A DNA stretch of 64,000 nucleotides from a bacterium (GTDB lineage Bacteria > SZUA-182 > DTGQ01): contig JBFMGO010000003.1 in NCBI GenBank assembly GCA_040752695.1, positions 32,001 through 96,000 of the forward strand, read 5' to 3'. Positions 38,526 through 48,312 of this stretch are shown here, in pieces. The notes below the pieces were generated by a model that searched no databases, had not been told where the DNA came from, and saw only the letters and a list, made by a program, of their open reading frames with translations. How positions within the stretch are numbered: position 1 is the first letter of the stretch; each line of letters opens with the position of its first letter. The translations under genes and the position numbers were made by a program.

Positions 38526-40592
38526 TCAATAGATGAATATGCCTTTTTGAAAAGGAGTACTCGTAATAGTCGGCCACAGGAGGCCGAAGTTATATGCGAT
38601 ATATGGCGAATAAAGTATATCATATATGTTGTTTGTTGTCTGGCTGCTGCCCGGGGTGATGAACGGCATTTGCTGCGAATAGGTCAAGGTGCTGCTTGCT
38701 CCGGCAGCGGGAGCAAAAGAATTGCCTGAAGAAAGAACAAATTCAGGGAAGGAATAATTCGCTGCTGCCAGCCGGGCAGATGGATCAGACAAGGTTTGAT
38801 TCAAGGTTCCATACGATAGTAAACCGTTGCCTGCCAGAGCGGCAAGAAAATTCTGACTGCCACTGAGCCGCACGCCCGCCCCGCTCAAGCTTGCCTGTTG
38901 TATGCCGCCGATAATGGAGGAGGGATAATAGCCATTCGAGCCTCCGGCGATAAGGCTGCCGGTATTGATGATTGAAGCGAGACTGTTGGCGGTCCTGTTG
39001 GTCGAAGCATTCCTGCTGATAGAAGCGGTCCTGTTGATAGAAGCGCCAGCTATGGCATTGATCAGAGGGATATTGATATCGTTGATGAAAGGGATCGCGA
39101 TACCGGTGATTAAAGGGGCGGCGATACCGGTGTAAGCCGATGATGCCATGCCGATTCCTGCGGGGTAGAGCGCCTGTGACCAGAGGGAAGCAGGCTGGAA
39201 GGCCATTGAAAAGGGGGAAAGAAATCCCTGGGTTACGGCCAGTGGCGGACTGAGGAGAGCATCCACGGCCAGTAAGGCTTCATAAGGGTTGAGCACTCCA
39301 GATCCATAATACGGGTCCCATCCCGGAGTGCCCATGTCAATGCTTGTGTTTTCCATTATTTGTCTGGTCTGGGCCGCCGAAAGCTTTCCGCCGCCTCTTG
39401 ATAAAACCAGTGCCGCCACCCCTGTTGCATAAGCGCAGGCACTGGAAGTTCCTTCAGCATAATAAAAATCAAACCTCCGGAAGTTCCTTCCATCATGAGT
39501 CTGCTGATAAATGCCATCCGGATTTCCATCCCCGTCAAGATCCAGTGAAAGGTCCCCGCCCGGCGCGGCCAGATCGACATCAGGTCCATAATTCGAATAG
39601 ACGGATGCAAACTGGTTATCATACCCTACGGCTGTTACGGATATGGCGCTTGGATAGGAAGACGGATAATGAGGCAGTTCGGTGGCCTCGTTGCCTGCCG
39701 AGCAGATAACCAATACCCCATGATCCACGGCGTAATTGATGGCCTCTTCCTCAGTAGCCGAAGGATCGACAATTGACCCATAGCTCATATTGATAATCTG
39801 AGCGCCGTTATTGACCGCATAATAGATACCGTCAACGATGGTGGCAACATCCCCTGAGCCCGTATCGTCCAGCACCTTGATGGGCATGAGAGAGCATTGA
39901 AAGGCAACTCCTGCTCCGCCAGTGAGATTATTGGTGGATTGAGCGATAATACCGGCGATATGGGTGCCATGGCGGTTATCATCGTTCGGATGGGAATCAT
40001 TATTGACAAAGTCCCAGCCGGGGATGAAATATGTGTTGGCCAGATCCGGGGCCTGAGCGAATTTTGAGTAGTTTTCATAGGCAATACCCGTATCGAGTAC
40101 AGCTACGATAACGTTTTGTCCGGTGGACAGATCCCAGGCCAGGGGAAGGCCATTGGCATGCAAATGCCACTGGAGACCATAGAGCGGGTCATTGGGAATG
40201 AACTCCTCAGTCCTCCTGATAAAATTCGCTTCTGCAAAGGCAACGCCAGGCTCCTGCCGCAGTGCCTGGACCAGGTCACCGGCGACCGTAGCCGTAACCC
40301 GCTGCAGGCCGCTGTAAGGACTGCTGGAGACCTGCCTCAGAGCATATCGCTGACTGAGACCGGCTATGAGAGCAGGTGGCGTCCCCGCTTTGAATTTAAT
40401 CAGGATCTCTCCGGGTCGGCAGTTCGGAGCGGGAAGTGAAGGAAACGGGAAGAATCCCGCCAGAGGATAAAGAGCACCCTCGGCCGGATTATGAAACAGA
40501 AGACTTAAAATTGTTAAAAAAAAATACGTGGCAGTAATAACCTTGAGCAATAAAGGCGGGTGCGTAGCCTGCATGAACATTCCTTTCCACAA
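38526..40592 (-). CDS. Secreted subtilisin-like S8 serine protease with long low-complexity C-terminal tail
   Basis: Signal peptide, GEILIKFK propeptide, triad motifs VAVLDTG / HGTHIAG / EGTSSA, SAGN oxyanion motif. Confidence 0.9.
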   Translation of the reverse strand: MWKGMFMQATHPPLLLKVITATYFFLTILSLLFHNPAEGALYPLAGFFPFPSLPAPNCRPGEILIKFKAGTPPALIAGLSQRYALRQVSSSPYSGLQRVTATVAGDLVQALRQEPGVAFAEANFIRRTEEFIPNDPLYGLQWHLHANGLPLAWDLSTGQNVIVAVLDTGIAYENYSKFAQAPDLANTYFIPGWDFVNNDSHPNDDNRHGTHIAGIIAQSTNNLTGGAGVAFQCSLMPIKVLDDTGSGDVATIVDGIYYAVNNGAQIINMSYGSIVDPSATEEEAINYAVDHGVLVICSAGNEATELPHYPSSYPSAISVTAVGYDNQFASVYSNYGPDVDLAAPGGDLSLDLDGDGNPDGIYQQTHDGRNFRRFDFYYAEGTSSACAYATGVAALVLSRGGGKLSAAQTRQIMENTSIDMGTPGWDPYYGSGVLNPYEALLAVDALLSPPLAVTQGFLSPFSMAFQPASLWSQALYPAGIGMASSAYTGIAAPLITGIAIPFINDINIPLINAIAGASINRTASISRNASTNRTANSLASIINTGSLIAGGSNGYYPSSIIGGIQQASLSGAGVRLSGSQNFLAALAGNGLLSYGTLNQTLSDPSARLAAANYSFPEFVLSSGNSFAPAAGASSTLTYSQQMPFITPGSSQTTNNIYDILYSPYIAYNFGLLWPTITSTPFQKGIFIY

Positions 40593-40730
40593 GAGAATTT
40601 GCTAACCAAAACATGATCCTTGGAGTAAACACCTCTCTATCGCTCTCTTTCTCAACCATTGTAGATTTACTAAATACAGATGTAGATTTACCAAATACAG
40701 ATTATAGAGATTTACAGTATTCCTGTAAGA

Positions 40731-40746
40731 AGCAAAAAGTGTGCCT
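40731..40746 (-). promoter_or_regulatory. Candidate sigma-54 -24/-12 promoter for the S8 protease
   Basis: Minus strand reads aGGcacactttttGCt (GG-N10-GC); it also overlaps a short palindrome. Confidence 0.45.
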
Positions 40747-40851
40747 GCTTTTACAGGCACACGAAGGGATGGCAGGCTGGTTTACTGATTAAGGCGAGGT
40801 ATTAAAAAAACTGCTATTCTCTAATATGCAAAAAGCCCTTAACCGACAAGG

Positions 40852-42423
40852 TTAAAAAGTATAATTGACCAACAAGGATAAAGCGCTTTCATCAAGGAGC
40901 CGGTATTCTGCAGTTAACTTGATATTTTCTCTCCAGTTATAACCGGTGCCGAGCCGGCATCCGAATTGGTTTTTTTCATCGAAATCCGCTGTTACATCAG
41001 GATTCGACAGTTTAAGACTTCCTGAAGATTTGGCGTATAAAAGACCCAGATAAGGAGAAAACTTGCTGAATCCCTGATAGACAGTATCTGCCGCCAGATG
41101 ATATTCCGTTACTTCGGCAGTGGCGGAAACGTTATTACCCGAATTGTTACCTTCACCCTTGGAAGAGTAGCTCAAAAAATCCATGTTGATGGTGAGTCCC
41201 AGGGGAGCTTGAGGGAGATTATAAATACTCGAAGAGACTCCGATACCGTAAGCAAATGCAGCGGCTTTTTCAAACTTAACAGCCGGACCCATGTCTATGT
41301 TATCATCGAATCCCATGCTTACCGAGCCAAGGTTGAGATAGACTTGCGTGTTGTTCAAGAATCCGGGCACATATCCAACCTGAACAACGGATCGCTTGGA
41401 AGTCATGGTATTATCACCAGCGTTATTGGAAAAGGCCACCTTTTTCTGGGTAACCAGCTTATTGTTAAGGCATAGACGGAAATTTTTCGCTCTGCTGTCA
41501 GCTCTTGCCGTATCGACAGTTTCTGACTCTTCAGAGGATCCTCCGATCGAGTTATAGAGCTTTTTGGGGTAGGAAATGAGCTTGGCTAATGAAGACCTGA
41601 AGATGCCCGGCTTGCCCTCCTCCGGTGCGGCAGGCTCAGAGGGCTTTGCCGCTTTGGATCCTTCCTGATCAGCCTTTTGGGCAACCTTTTCCCCTTCTTT
41701 CTCAGCGGTGAGTATGGCCAGATTCTTCTTGGCAGTTTCCTGGTCAGGGGCTATTTTTAAAACCTTCTGGTATTCGTTTTTGGCCTCAGCATCCATATTC
41801 AGGCGTTCGTAAAGAGCAGCCAGTTGCAAATATGCATCCACCATCCGGGGATCAAGCTGGCAGGCCTTCTGGTATTCGGGGATAGCTTTACTCGCCTTGC
41901 CTCTCAGATCGTAACAAAGCGCCATATTGTAATGCAGTTCCGGATCATCAGGAAAAATGTTCAAAGCCTCCTGGTAACGCTCCATGGCCAGATCATATTT
42001 TCTTTGAAGGCTATAGACAACCGCCAGGTTAAAAACCGCCCCGTAGGATTCGGGATTGATTTTGAGGGCCGCACGATAGCCCTCCACAGCGTCATCGAGG
42101 TGACCCATCCTTTGTTCAGCCAGGGCAAGGTAATAATAGGCGTCTGCGCTTCGCGGATCCAGGATCAATGCCTTTTTGAACTCCATAATAGCATCCTCAT
42201 CGGCATGGTCTTGCAGTTTCGCAATTCCTGCCTGAAGGTGAGATTTCGCATCGTTTTCCCAGGCCGCCCCTTGCTGCGGGCCGCTCTCCTTTTGCTTGAC
42301 ATTCTGGCCTGCGGCAGTTTCAGCAGGACTCGTTTTCTCGGGATGTAAAAGTCTTTTCCCCAATGAGCAGGAAACAAAGAAGATTAAAGTCAGGAACAAT
42401 GGAACCAGTTTTAGCCTTTTCAT
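40852..42423 (-). CDS. Lipoprotein with TPR repeats and C-terminal outer-membrane beta-barrel-like domain
   Basis: Signal ending FFVSC; 5 TPR units; alternating beta-strand pattern (FSPYLGLLY, LGTGYNW) ending VNYTF. Confidence 0.75.
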   Translation of the reverse strand: MKRLKLVPLFLTLIFFVSCSLGKRLLHPEKTSPAETAAGQNVKQKESGPQQGAAWENDAKSHLQAGIAKLQDHADEDAIMEFKKALILDPRSADAYYYLALAEQRMGHLDDAVEGYRAALKINPESYGAVFNLAVVYSLQRKYDLAMERYQEALNIFPDDPELHYNMALCYDLRGKASKAIPEYQKACQLDPRMVDAYLQLAALYERLNMDAEAKNEYQKVLKIAPDQETAKKNLAILTAEKEGEKVAQKADQEGSKAAKPSEPAAPEEGKPGIFRSSLAKLISYPKKLYNSIGGSSEESETVDTARADSRAKNFRLCLNNKLVTQKKVAFSNNAGDNTMTSKRSVVQVGYVPGFLNNTQVYLNLGSVSMGFDDNIDMGPAVKFEKAAAFAYGIGVSSSIYNLPQAPLGLTINMDFLSYSSKGEGNNSGNNVSATAEVTEYHLAADTVYQGFSKFSPYLGLLYAKSSGSLKLSNPDVTADFDEKNQFGCRLGTGYNWRENIKLTAEYRLLDESALSLLVNYTF

Positions 42424-42651
42424 AAAAACCCCCTGAAGGATGCAGCAATAATCGCGACTTAAGGCGATGATGTGTTAAGATCAGTAAAGATATTATACAA
42501 ACATGGATGGTTTTCCATTTTATTACCTTCTGGATTTTTTATCAAGGAAAAAATTTCAAAAGCTCCATTGCCTGAACCCGCTGATGAAAGACGGGAATAT
42601 CTGACAAAAAAGGAATAGATAGGGGTTGACTTTTTCCGGAATTCCAGTAAT

Positions 42652-42670
42652 AATGAATTATATATTCATT
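42652..42670. promoter_or_regulatory. Probable TetR operator overlapping a sigma-70-like promoter
   Basis: Near-palindrome aatgaattatatattcatt just after ttgact-N17-aataat; its exact reverse complement recurs at 43422-43440. Confidence 0.7.
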
Positions 42671-42786
42671 ATTCATGACTCATTAATCATTATTCGTGTC
42701 TGACCAGGAAGTCATTTTGTCTATGGCCCTGTTCTAAGGAGCTATTCCGGCTATGATACATGTTCAAAGGAGTCGTCCCGGCTATT

Positions 42787-43404
42787 ATGGTCCAGATCCT
42801 GAAGGATGAGATTAAAGACGCGATTACCGCAGCGGCTTTAAAAATCTTTTTAAAAATGGGATTCAAGAAGGCAACCATTGCCAAGATCGCTCAGGAGGCT
42901 GATATTTCCACGGGGAACATTTACCGGTATTTTAAAAATAAAAATGACCTCTTCTCCTCGATCATATCTCCCGACTTTGTACACAATCTAAGAACGCTTC
43001 TGAAATCGAGGATGGAAGCTGTGAGTGGGGTTTCGGATATCAATACCCTCAAGAAAGATGCTGCTTACTTTAAAATTTCAGATGAACTTTTAGCCCTCTG
43101 TTTAAGGAATAAGGAAAAAACTATCATCCTTTTTGATAGATCACAGGGGACCCAGTATGAGGGATTTTCCATGGAAACGGTAAGCATGATGGTGGAGCTG
43201 GCAGTAAAACATGCCAAAAGTGTCAACAGCAACTTTGTCTTAACAGAAGAAAAAAGAGCTGTTTTATTATTAATATATAAATCCTTCCTGAGAAATATCA
43301 TAGAAATATTGGCTACGTATGAGGATACTGACAAGATCACATCAATCTTGAGCAATTATACTGCTTACCACCTGGCAGGGCTTAAAAGGTATTTTTCCGG
43401 GTAA
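42787..43404 (+). CDS. TetR/AcrR family transcriptional regulator
   Basis: AALKIF..GFKKATIAKIAQEADISTGNIYRYFKNKNDLF. Confidence 0.93.
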   Translation: MVQILKDEIKDAITAAALKIFLKMGFKKATIAKIAQEADISTGNIYRYFKNKNDLFSSIISPDFVHNLRTLLKSRMEAVSGVSDINTLKKDAAYFKISDELLALCLRNKEKTIILFDRSQGTQYEGFSMETVSMMVELAVKHAKSVNSNFVLTEEKRAVLLLIYKSFLRNIIEILATYEDTDKITSILSNYTAYHLAGLKRYFSG

Positions 43405-43421
43405 ATTTTTTTTGCTTTAAA

Positions 43422-43440
43422 AATGAATATATAATTCATT
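43422..43440. promoter_or_regulatory. Second copy of the probable TetR operator
   Basis: aatgaatatataattcatt, upstream of the methyltransferase. Confidence 0.7.
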
Positions 43441-43490
43441 AATGGATTCATTCTTACTGCTCTTTCTTTTTACTATCGGAGGGAAAAACC

Positions 43491-44363
43491 ATGAAGAAAA
43501 CCATGCGAGAAACTATGAAAGAAGCTGTGCAAGAAACCAGACAAGAAACTATGAAAAAAACCATGAGCGATCCAATGGAAGCGACGCCAATTACCCAAGT
43601 TGTCAACTACCTGCAATGCCCTCAAACAGCGAGTGAGCTGAGTATCAGGGGTAATCATCTTGAGAACCTGCGGGGAGATACGTATCCGGTAAGCGACGGA
43701 ATTATCGATTTCATTGGAGACGATGGGCAAACGGTGGATGACTCCTACGATGAGATTTCAGAAGAAAAGTATAATAACTGGGTCAGGAGCAAGTTCATCA
43801 TGAGATTGGTCTGGGGAGTTAATCTCGATAAAATTCCTAAAATCAAAGACGAAGTTTCAGGTTTTACCCGTGACGTTCTTCTCGATATCCCCTGTGGAAC
43901 AGGCATCATGAGCGTGGAAGCTTACAAGGCCTTACCAGACAGCATATTTTTAGCAATTGATTATTCCCGTTCGATGCTGGACATTACCAGGCGTCTTTGC
44001 AAAAGGCTGAAAATCGGAAATGTCGTATTTATCCGGGCAGATGTAGCTTCTTTGCCAATAAAAGACAATACCGTTTCGGCCTGCATATCGCTGAACGGTT
44101 TTCATGCTTTTGCATCTCCCCGCATAGCAGCAAAAGAGCTGGGCCGCTGCACGAGGAAGAGAGGAAAGCTTCTGATGGTTGTCTCCTGCACAGGAGAAAG
44201 ATTCATTTCGGATTTCATGATAAAACACTTTATGATTCCGAGGGGATACTTCCACAACGCCCTCCCCTCTTCTCACTACGAGGAGTATTTGCACATGGCT
44301 GGCTTTTCCGAAATCTCGTCTGAAATGATGGGAGCATCGATGATTGCGAGGTGTTATAAATGA
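43491..44363 (+). CDS. Class I SAM-dependent methyltransferase with Trm112-like N-terminal segment
   Basis: LQCP...YPVSDGIIDF; VLLDIPCGTG, AIDYSRSML, RADVASLP. Confidence 0.88.
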   Translation: MKKTMRETMKEAVQETRQETMKKTMSDPMEATPITQVVNYLQCPQTASELSIRGNHLENLRGDTYPVSDGIIDFIGDDGQTVDDSYDEISEEKYNNWVRSKFIMRLVWGVNLDKIPKIKDEVSGFTRDVLLDIPCGTGIMSVEAYKALPDSIFLAIDYSRSMLDITRRLCKRLKIGNVVFIRADVASLPIKDNTVSACISLNGFHAFASPRIAAKELGRCTRKRGKLLMVVSCTGERFISDFMIKHFMIPRGYFHNALPSSHYEEYLHMAGFSEISSEMMGASMIARCYK

Positions 44364-44547
44364 AGCCGCTTCTGTTTTCTCATAACAGCTAACAGCGCAC
44401 GGGAACTGCCCGGGAGCCAGTTTGCCCTGCTCTGAATCCTCTCCCCCGTCACCTCACACAGCCCTCTCTCTTAAAAATGGGGCGAGGGCTTGAGGTAAGG
44501 GACCTTTTCGGACAGACTGAATAATGAGCAGCCTGATGTCTTTGGAG

Positions 44548-46035
44548 TTAAATCAGTTCCACGCCTTGGCGTTCGATCAGTTCCACGCTCTGGTGTTCGA
44601 TCAGTTCTTCGCTGTCCAGGGTTCCGAAACCCAGATCGGCTCCCTGCATGATCAGTACATCCTGAATATCCAGGATAGGGACCTCTCTGGTAGACCTGCC
44701 GGTGCGGGCAGCGAGTGCGGCACACACACCTGCGGCCTGGCCGGTGGCGATGGCAATGGGCATGACACGATAGGAGGAGTGAGCTTCATGGGTTCCGGAA
44801 ATACAACGTCCGGCAAGCAGCAGATTCTCCGCTCCCTTGGCAAGAAGGCTGCGCAGAGGGATATCGTATGCTTCTCCAGGAGCCACATGCCTCAAGGTGG
44901 TCCCGCTTCCTTTCGGGTTATGGATGTCCATCGGATAAGAGCCGCGGGCAATGACGTCATTGAATTTTCTGGCTTTCAGGATATCTTCTGGTGTAAGCTG
45001 ATAATCTCCTATGATTCTCCTTGTTTCCCTCACGCCGATATGTGATCCGCTCTGGGCGATATAAGCATTTTCAAACCCGGGTACATAGCGGCGCAGGAAG
45101 GCGGCAATCCGGCCCATCTGCCTGCGGCCTTCACATTCTGCCAAGGACAGGTCCCAGACGTTCGTACCCAATACACCGAGCACCCGCGTGCTGTTGACAC
45201 AAACCTCGCGTTCATGGGGTGTACCAAAAAACAGGATATCTTCCCGTGACAGTTCAAGGTCTTCGGCATCGGTCGCCTTGCGGATAAGATCCCTTAAGCC
45301 GTGCACACCGTGCCATTGATCAGGATGCCGTCTCACATAGTTCTCAAAAGCGTATCTGTTAAATTCGCCCATGTGAAACATCAGGGTCATAGGCTGCACC
45401 GATCCATCATTTTCCCGCCCGATCTCGAACGGGACCCCGGCTCTCTCAGCGATATCCCCATCACCTGTACAGTCTATGACGGTTTTGGCCTTAATGACAA
45501 GAGGTCCGGACTTGGTCTCGAAAACAACGCCTTCCACCCTCTGATCGCCGATAACATCGCTGGCTACCGCGTGAAACAGAAAGTGAACACCGGCCTCACC
45601 GAGTAATTCCATGGCAACCAGTTTCATTATTTCCGGGTCAAACGGCACAACAAAACCCGTACGGGGAGATGGGGGAATAGCCCCGCCCCGCTCGACCATG
45701 CGGTTTACCAGGATATCAAGCACACCGCCAATAACGGGTTCTCCCCCACCGTGATCAGTAGGAAAGAGCGTGGTTGCCCCGCGTCTCTCCGGCCTTGGCC
45801 TCTGGGTATAATAAGACATAAAAATCGTGACCAGAGCGGCAGTTGCGCTGCCGCCAAGAAAGCCATACCGCTCAGCCAGAATCACTTTGGCGCCGGTCAT
45901 GGCTGCACCAAGGGCCGCACCGATCCCGGCAGGTCCTCCGCCGACTACCAGTACGTCGGTTTCTGCTGCGACTTTAGCTCGCCGGGGTGGCAAAATAAGG
46001 GTATCTGGATTTTCAGGCCTTGGAAGAGAAGACAT
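44548..46035 (-). CDS. FAD-dependent oxidoreductase (FAD_oxidored family)
   Basis: DVLVVGGGPAGIGAA, IDCTGDGDIA, GVRETRRI, YDIPLRSL, AGRCIS..H.A.SSYRVM..GQAAG. Confidence 0.9.
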   Translation of the reverse strand: MSSLPRPENPDTLILPPRRAKVAAETDVLVVGGGPAGIGAALGAAMTGAKVILAERYGFLGGSATAALVTIFMSYYTQRPRPERRGATTLFPTDHGGGEPVIGGVLDILVNRMVERGGAIPPSPRTGFVVPFDPEIMKLVAMELLGEAGVHFLFHAVASDVIGDQRVEGVVFETKSGPLVIKAKTVIDCTGDGDIAERAGVPFEIGRENDGSVQPMTLMFHMGEFNRYAFENYVRRHPDQWHGVHGLRDLIRKATDAEDLELSREDILFFGTPHEREVCVNSTRVLGVLGTNVWDLSLAECEGRRQMGRIAAFLRRYVPGFENAYIAQSGSHIGVRETRRIIGDYQLTPEDILKARKFNDVIARGSYPMDIHNPKGSGTTLRHVAPGEAYDIPLRSLLAKGAENLLLAGRCISGTHEAHSSYRVMPIAIATGQAAGVCAALAARTGRSTREVPILDIQDVLIMQGADLGFGTLDSEELIEHQSVELIERQGVELI

Positions 46036-46520
46036 GTTTATTTTCCCCCTGTCAGAAAGAGCTCTTTTGGGATTTTCTCCTTAATCACCAAGAGCTCTTT
46101 CCGATTCGTTTTTTCAAGATCTTTTCGAAACTCCGTCAGATCTTTTCGAGACCTTTTTGAAACCTCGTCAGATCGTTTCGAAACTTCGTCAGATTTTTTT
46201 TAAATCTCGTTAGTCTTTCATACTAACTTTTAAAATCTTATTATACCACTTTGTTCTCATAAATGGAGTAAAATTTACATACTTTTTTACCTAAAATAAG
46301 TATTATCTTCATTATATTACTTATTTATAACGAGATCAGGATCACTTGACAATTTCTCATTGACATTTGCAAAGTCCGTCGAATAGAATGAAAGAGTAGG
46401 CTATGGGAAAGAGTAAGCTGTATGAATGGTTAACCGCCCACTGCTTATAAGCGGAACATTCAGTGGAGTGGTTGAAGGAAACAGGACAAAGAGGGTACTT
46501 AGGAGATAAGGGGGGAAGGT

Positions 46521-47003
46521 ATGGAATTCCTGACGGTTACACTATCCATTCCAGAAGGATGCAATCTTATTTTCGGGCAGACGCACTTTATCAAAAGCGT
46601 GGAGGATTTATTCGAAACGATGCGCACCGCCTGCCCTCAGGCGAAATTCGGTCTTGCTTTCAGCGAGGCTTCCGGTGATTGCCTGATCCGGTTCGAGGGG
46701 AATGACCAGCAGTTGCTGGAGGCTGCCTGCGGCAACCTGGAGAAAATTGCAGCAGGCCACGTATTTTTGATTTTCCTTAAAGATGCCTTTCCGATCAATG
46801 TGCTCAACGCCATCAAAGCCTGTCCCGAAGTGTGCTCGATCTTTTGCGCTACTGCCAATCCTGTCGAAGTGATCATTGCAAAGACCAGCCAGGGCCGGGG
46901 AGTGATGGGGATTATCGACGGCTATCAGCCAAAGGGGATTGAGCAGGAGAAAGACCGGCAGGCCAGGAAGGATCTTCTGCGAAAGCTGTCATATAAACTA
47001 TGA
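46521..47003 (+). CDS. Adenosine-specific kinase family protein
   Basis: NLIFGQTHFIKSVEDL, FSEASG.CLIR, FPINVLN.IK..PEVC.IFCATANP. Confidence 0.88.
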   Translation: MEFLTVTLSIPEGCNLIFGQTHFIKSVEDLFETMRTACPQAKFGLAFSEASGDCLIRFEGNDQQLLEAACGNLEKIAAGHVFLIFLKDAFPINVLNAIKACPEVCSIFCATANPVEVIIAKTSQGRGVMGIIDGYQPKGIEQEKDRQARKDLLRKLSYKL

Positions 47004-47145
47004 CCAGACCTGCATAAAGATCCTTGTCCATCCGAAATGCTCATGAAGGCTGCAAAATGCTCATTACAGCATAAGGATCATTACAGCAAAAGAGCCATAG
47101 TGCGTGATTTCTTCCACGCTTTAGGGGACTTACAGAAAAAAAACA

Positions 47146-48312
47146 ATGCAGGCTCTCATTCATGCGAAAATCATTACTCCCCTTGAGGAAATCGAAAACG
47201 GCACTCTCCTGATCAGGGACAGGAAAATCCAGGCGATCGGCCAGGAGCACGAGGTCTTTATCCCTAAAAAGGCAGAGATTTTCGATGCAGGGGGAAAGAT
47301 TGTCTGTCCGGGCTTTATTGACATCCATCTTCATGGCGCCAGGGGATATGATTTTGCCGAAGCAACGAAAGAGGCGATACAGGAAATCATCGGTTTTCAT
47401 CTTGCACACGGGACTACCTCATTTCTCCCTACGCTGATTTCTCTGCCCGATCAGGAACTGGCCAGGGTCTTGGAGGAGTTGCCAAAGGCATGGTCAGAGA
47501 CGGACTATGCATCCTCTTTTTTAGGGATACATCTGGAAGGCCCTTTTCTGAACCCTGCCTGCAAGGGCGTACATAATGCCCATTATTTATGCTCTCCTTC
47601 GATCGAGAAGGCTGAATCTTTCCTTATCGCTTCTGCCGGAGCGGTGCGGATGATCACCCTGGCACCGGAATTGCCTCATTCATTGGAGATAATTCAGTAC
47701 TTAAGCCAGAGGAAGGTAATCGTCTCTCTCGGGCATTCCAATGCCACCTATCGGCAGGTCGAGCTGGCGGTCAGGCAAGGTCTCGTTCACGTTACCCACA
47801 CTTTCAACGCTATGGCCGGACTGCATCACCGGGAACCGGGGGCTGTTGGGGCAGCATTGGATATCAACGAGTTATCAGCCGATATTATTGCAGATACAAA
47901 ACATGTGCATCCTGCGGCTTTACGGCTGCTCTGGCGGCAAAAGGGGGAAGATATGGTGATCCTCATTACTGATGCCAGTCCTGTCGCGGGGCTGCCTTCG
48001 GGAACATACCCGCTCTGGGGCCGGGATGTCCGGCTGGATAGTGATTCGGTAATCACTACGGATTCGGCCCAACTGGCAGGCAGTGCCACAACGATGGACA
48101 ATTCGCTCAGGCGATTTCAGGCAGCGACCGGCTGCACGTACAAGCAGGCTATACAGCTTGCAACCTATAATCCTGCTGCCCTTCTGGGGATTGATCGCCA
48201 AAAGGGTCTTTTGGCCAAAGGGAGTGATGCGGATCTGGTCGTCATGGATGAGGACTTTCGGATTGAGGCAGTGATTGTCTGCGGGAAATTTCTTAAAAGG
48301 AGGCAGGTATGA
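47146..48312 (+). CDS. nagA: N-acetylglucosamine-6-phosphate deacetylase
   Basis: PGFIDIHLHG, HLEGPF, TLAPE, GHSNA, THTFNAM, LITDA, LAGS. Confidence 0.93.
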   Translation: MQALIHAKIITPLEEIENGTLLIRDRKIQAIGQEHEVFIPKKAEIFDAGGKIVCPGFIDIHLHGARGYDFAEATKEAIQEIIGFHLAHGTTSFLPTLISLPDQELARVLEELPKAWSETDYASSFLGIHLEGPFLNPACKGVHNAHYLCSPSIEKAESFLIASAGAVRMITLAPELPHSLEIIQYLSQRKVIVSLGHSNATYRQVELAVRQGLVHVTHTFNAMAGLHHREPGAVGAALDINELSADIIADTKHVHPAALRLLWRQKGEDMVILITDASPVAGLPSGTYPLWGRDVRLDSDSVITTDSAQLAGSATTMDNSLRRFQAATGCTYKQAIQLATYNPAALLGIDRQKGLLAKGSDADLVVMDEDFRIEAVIVCGKFLKRRQV

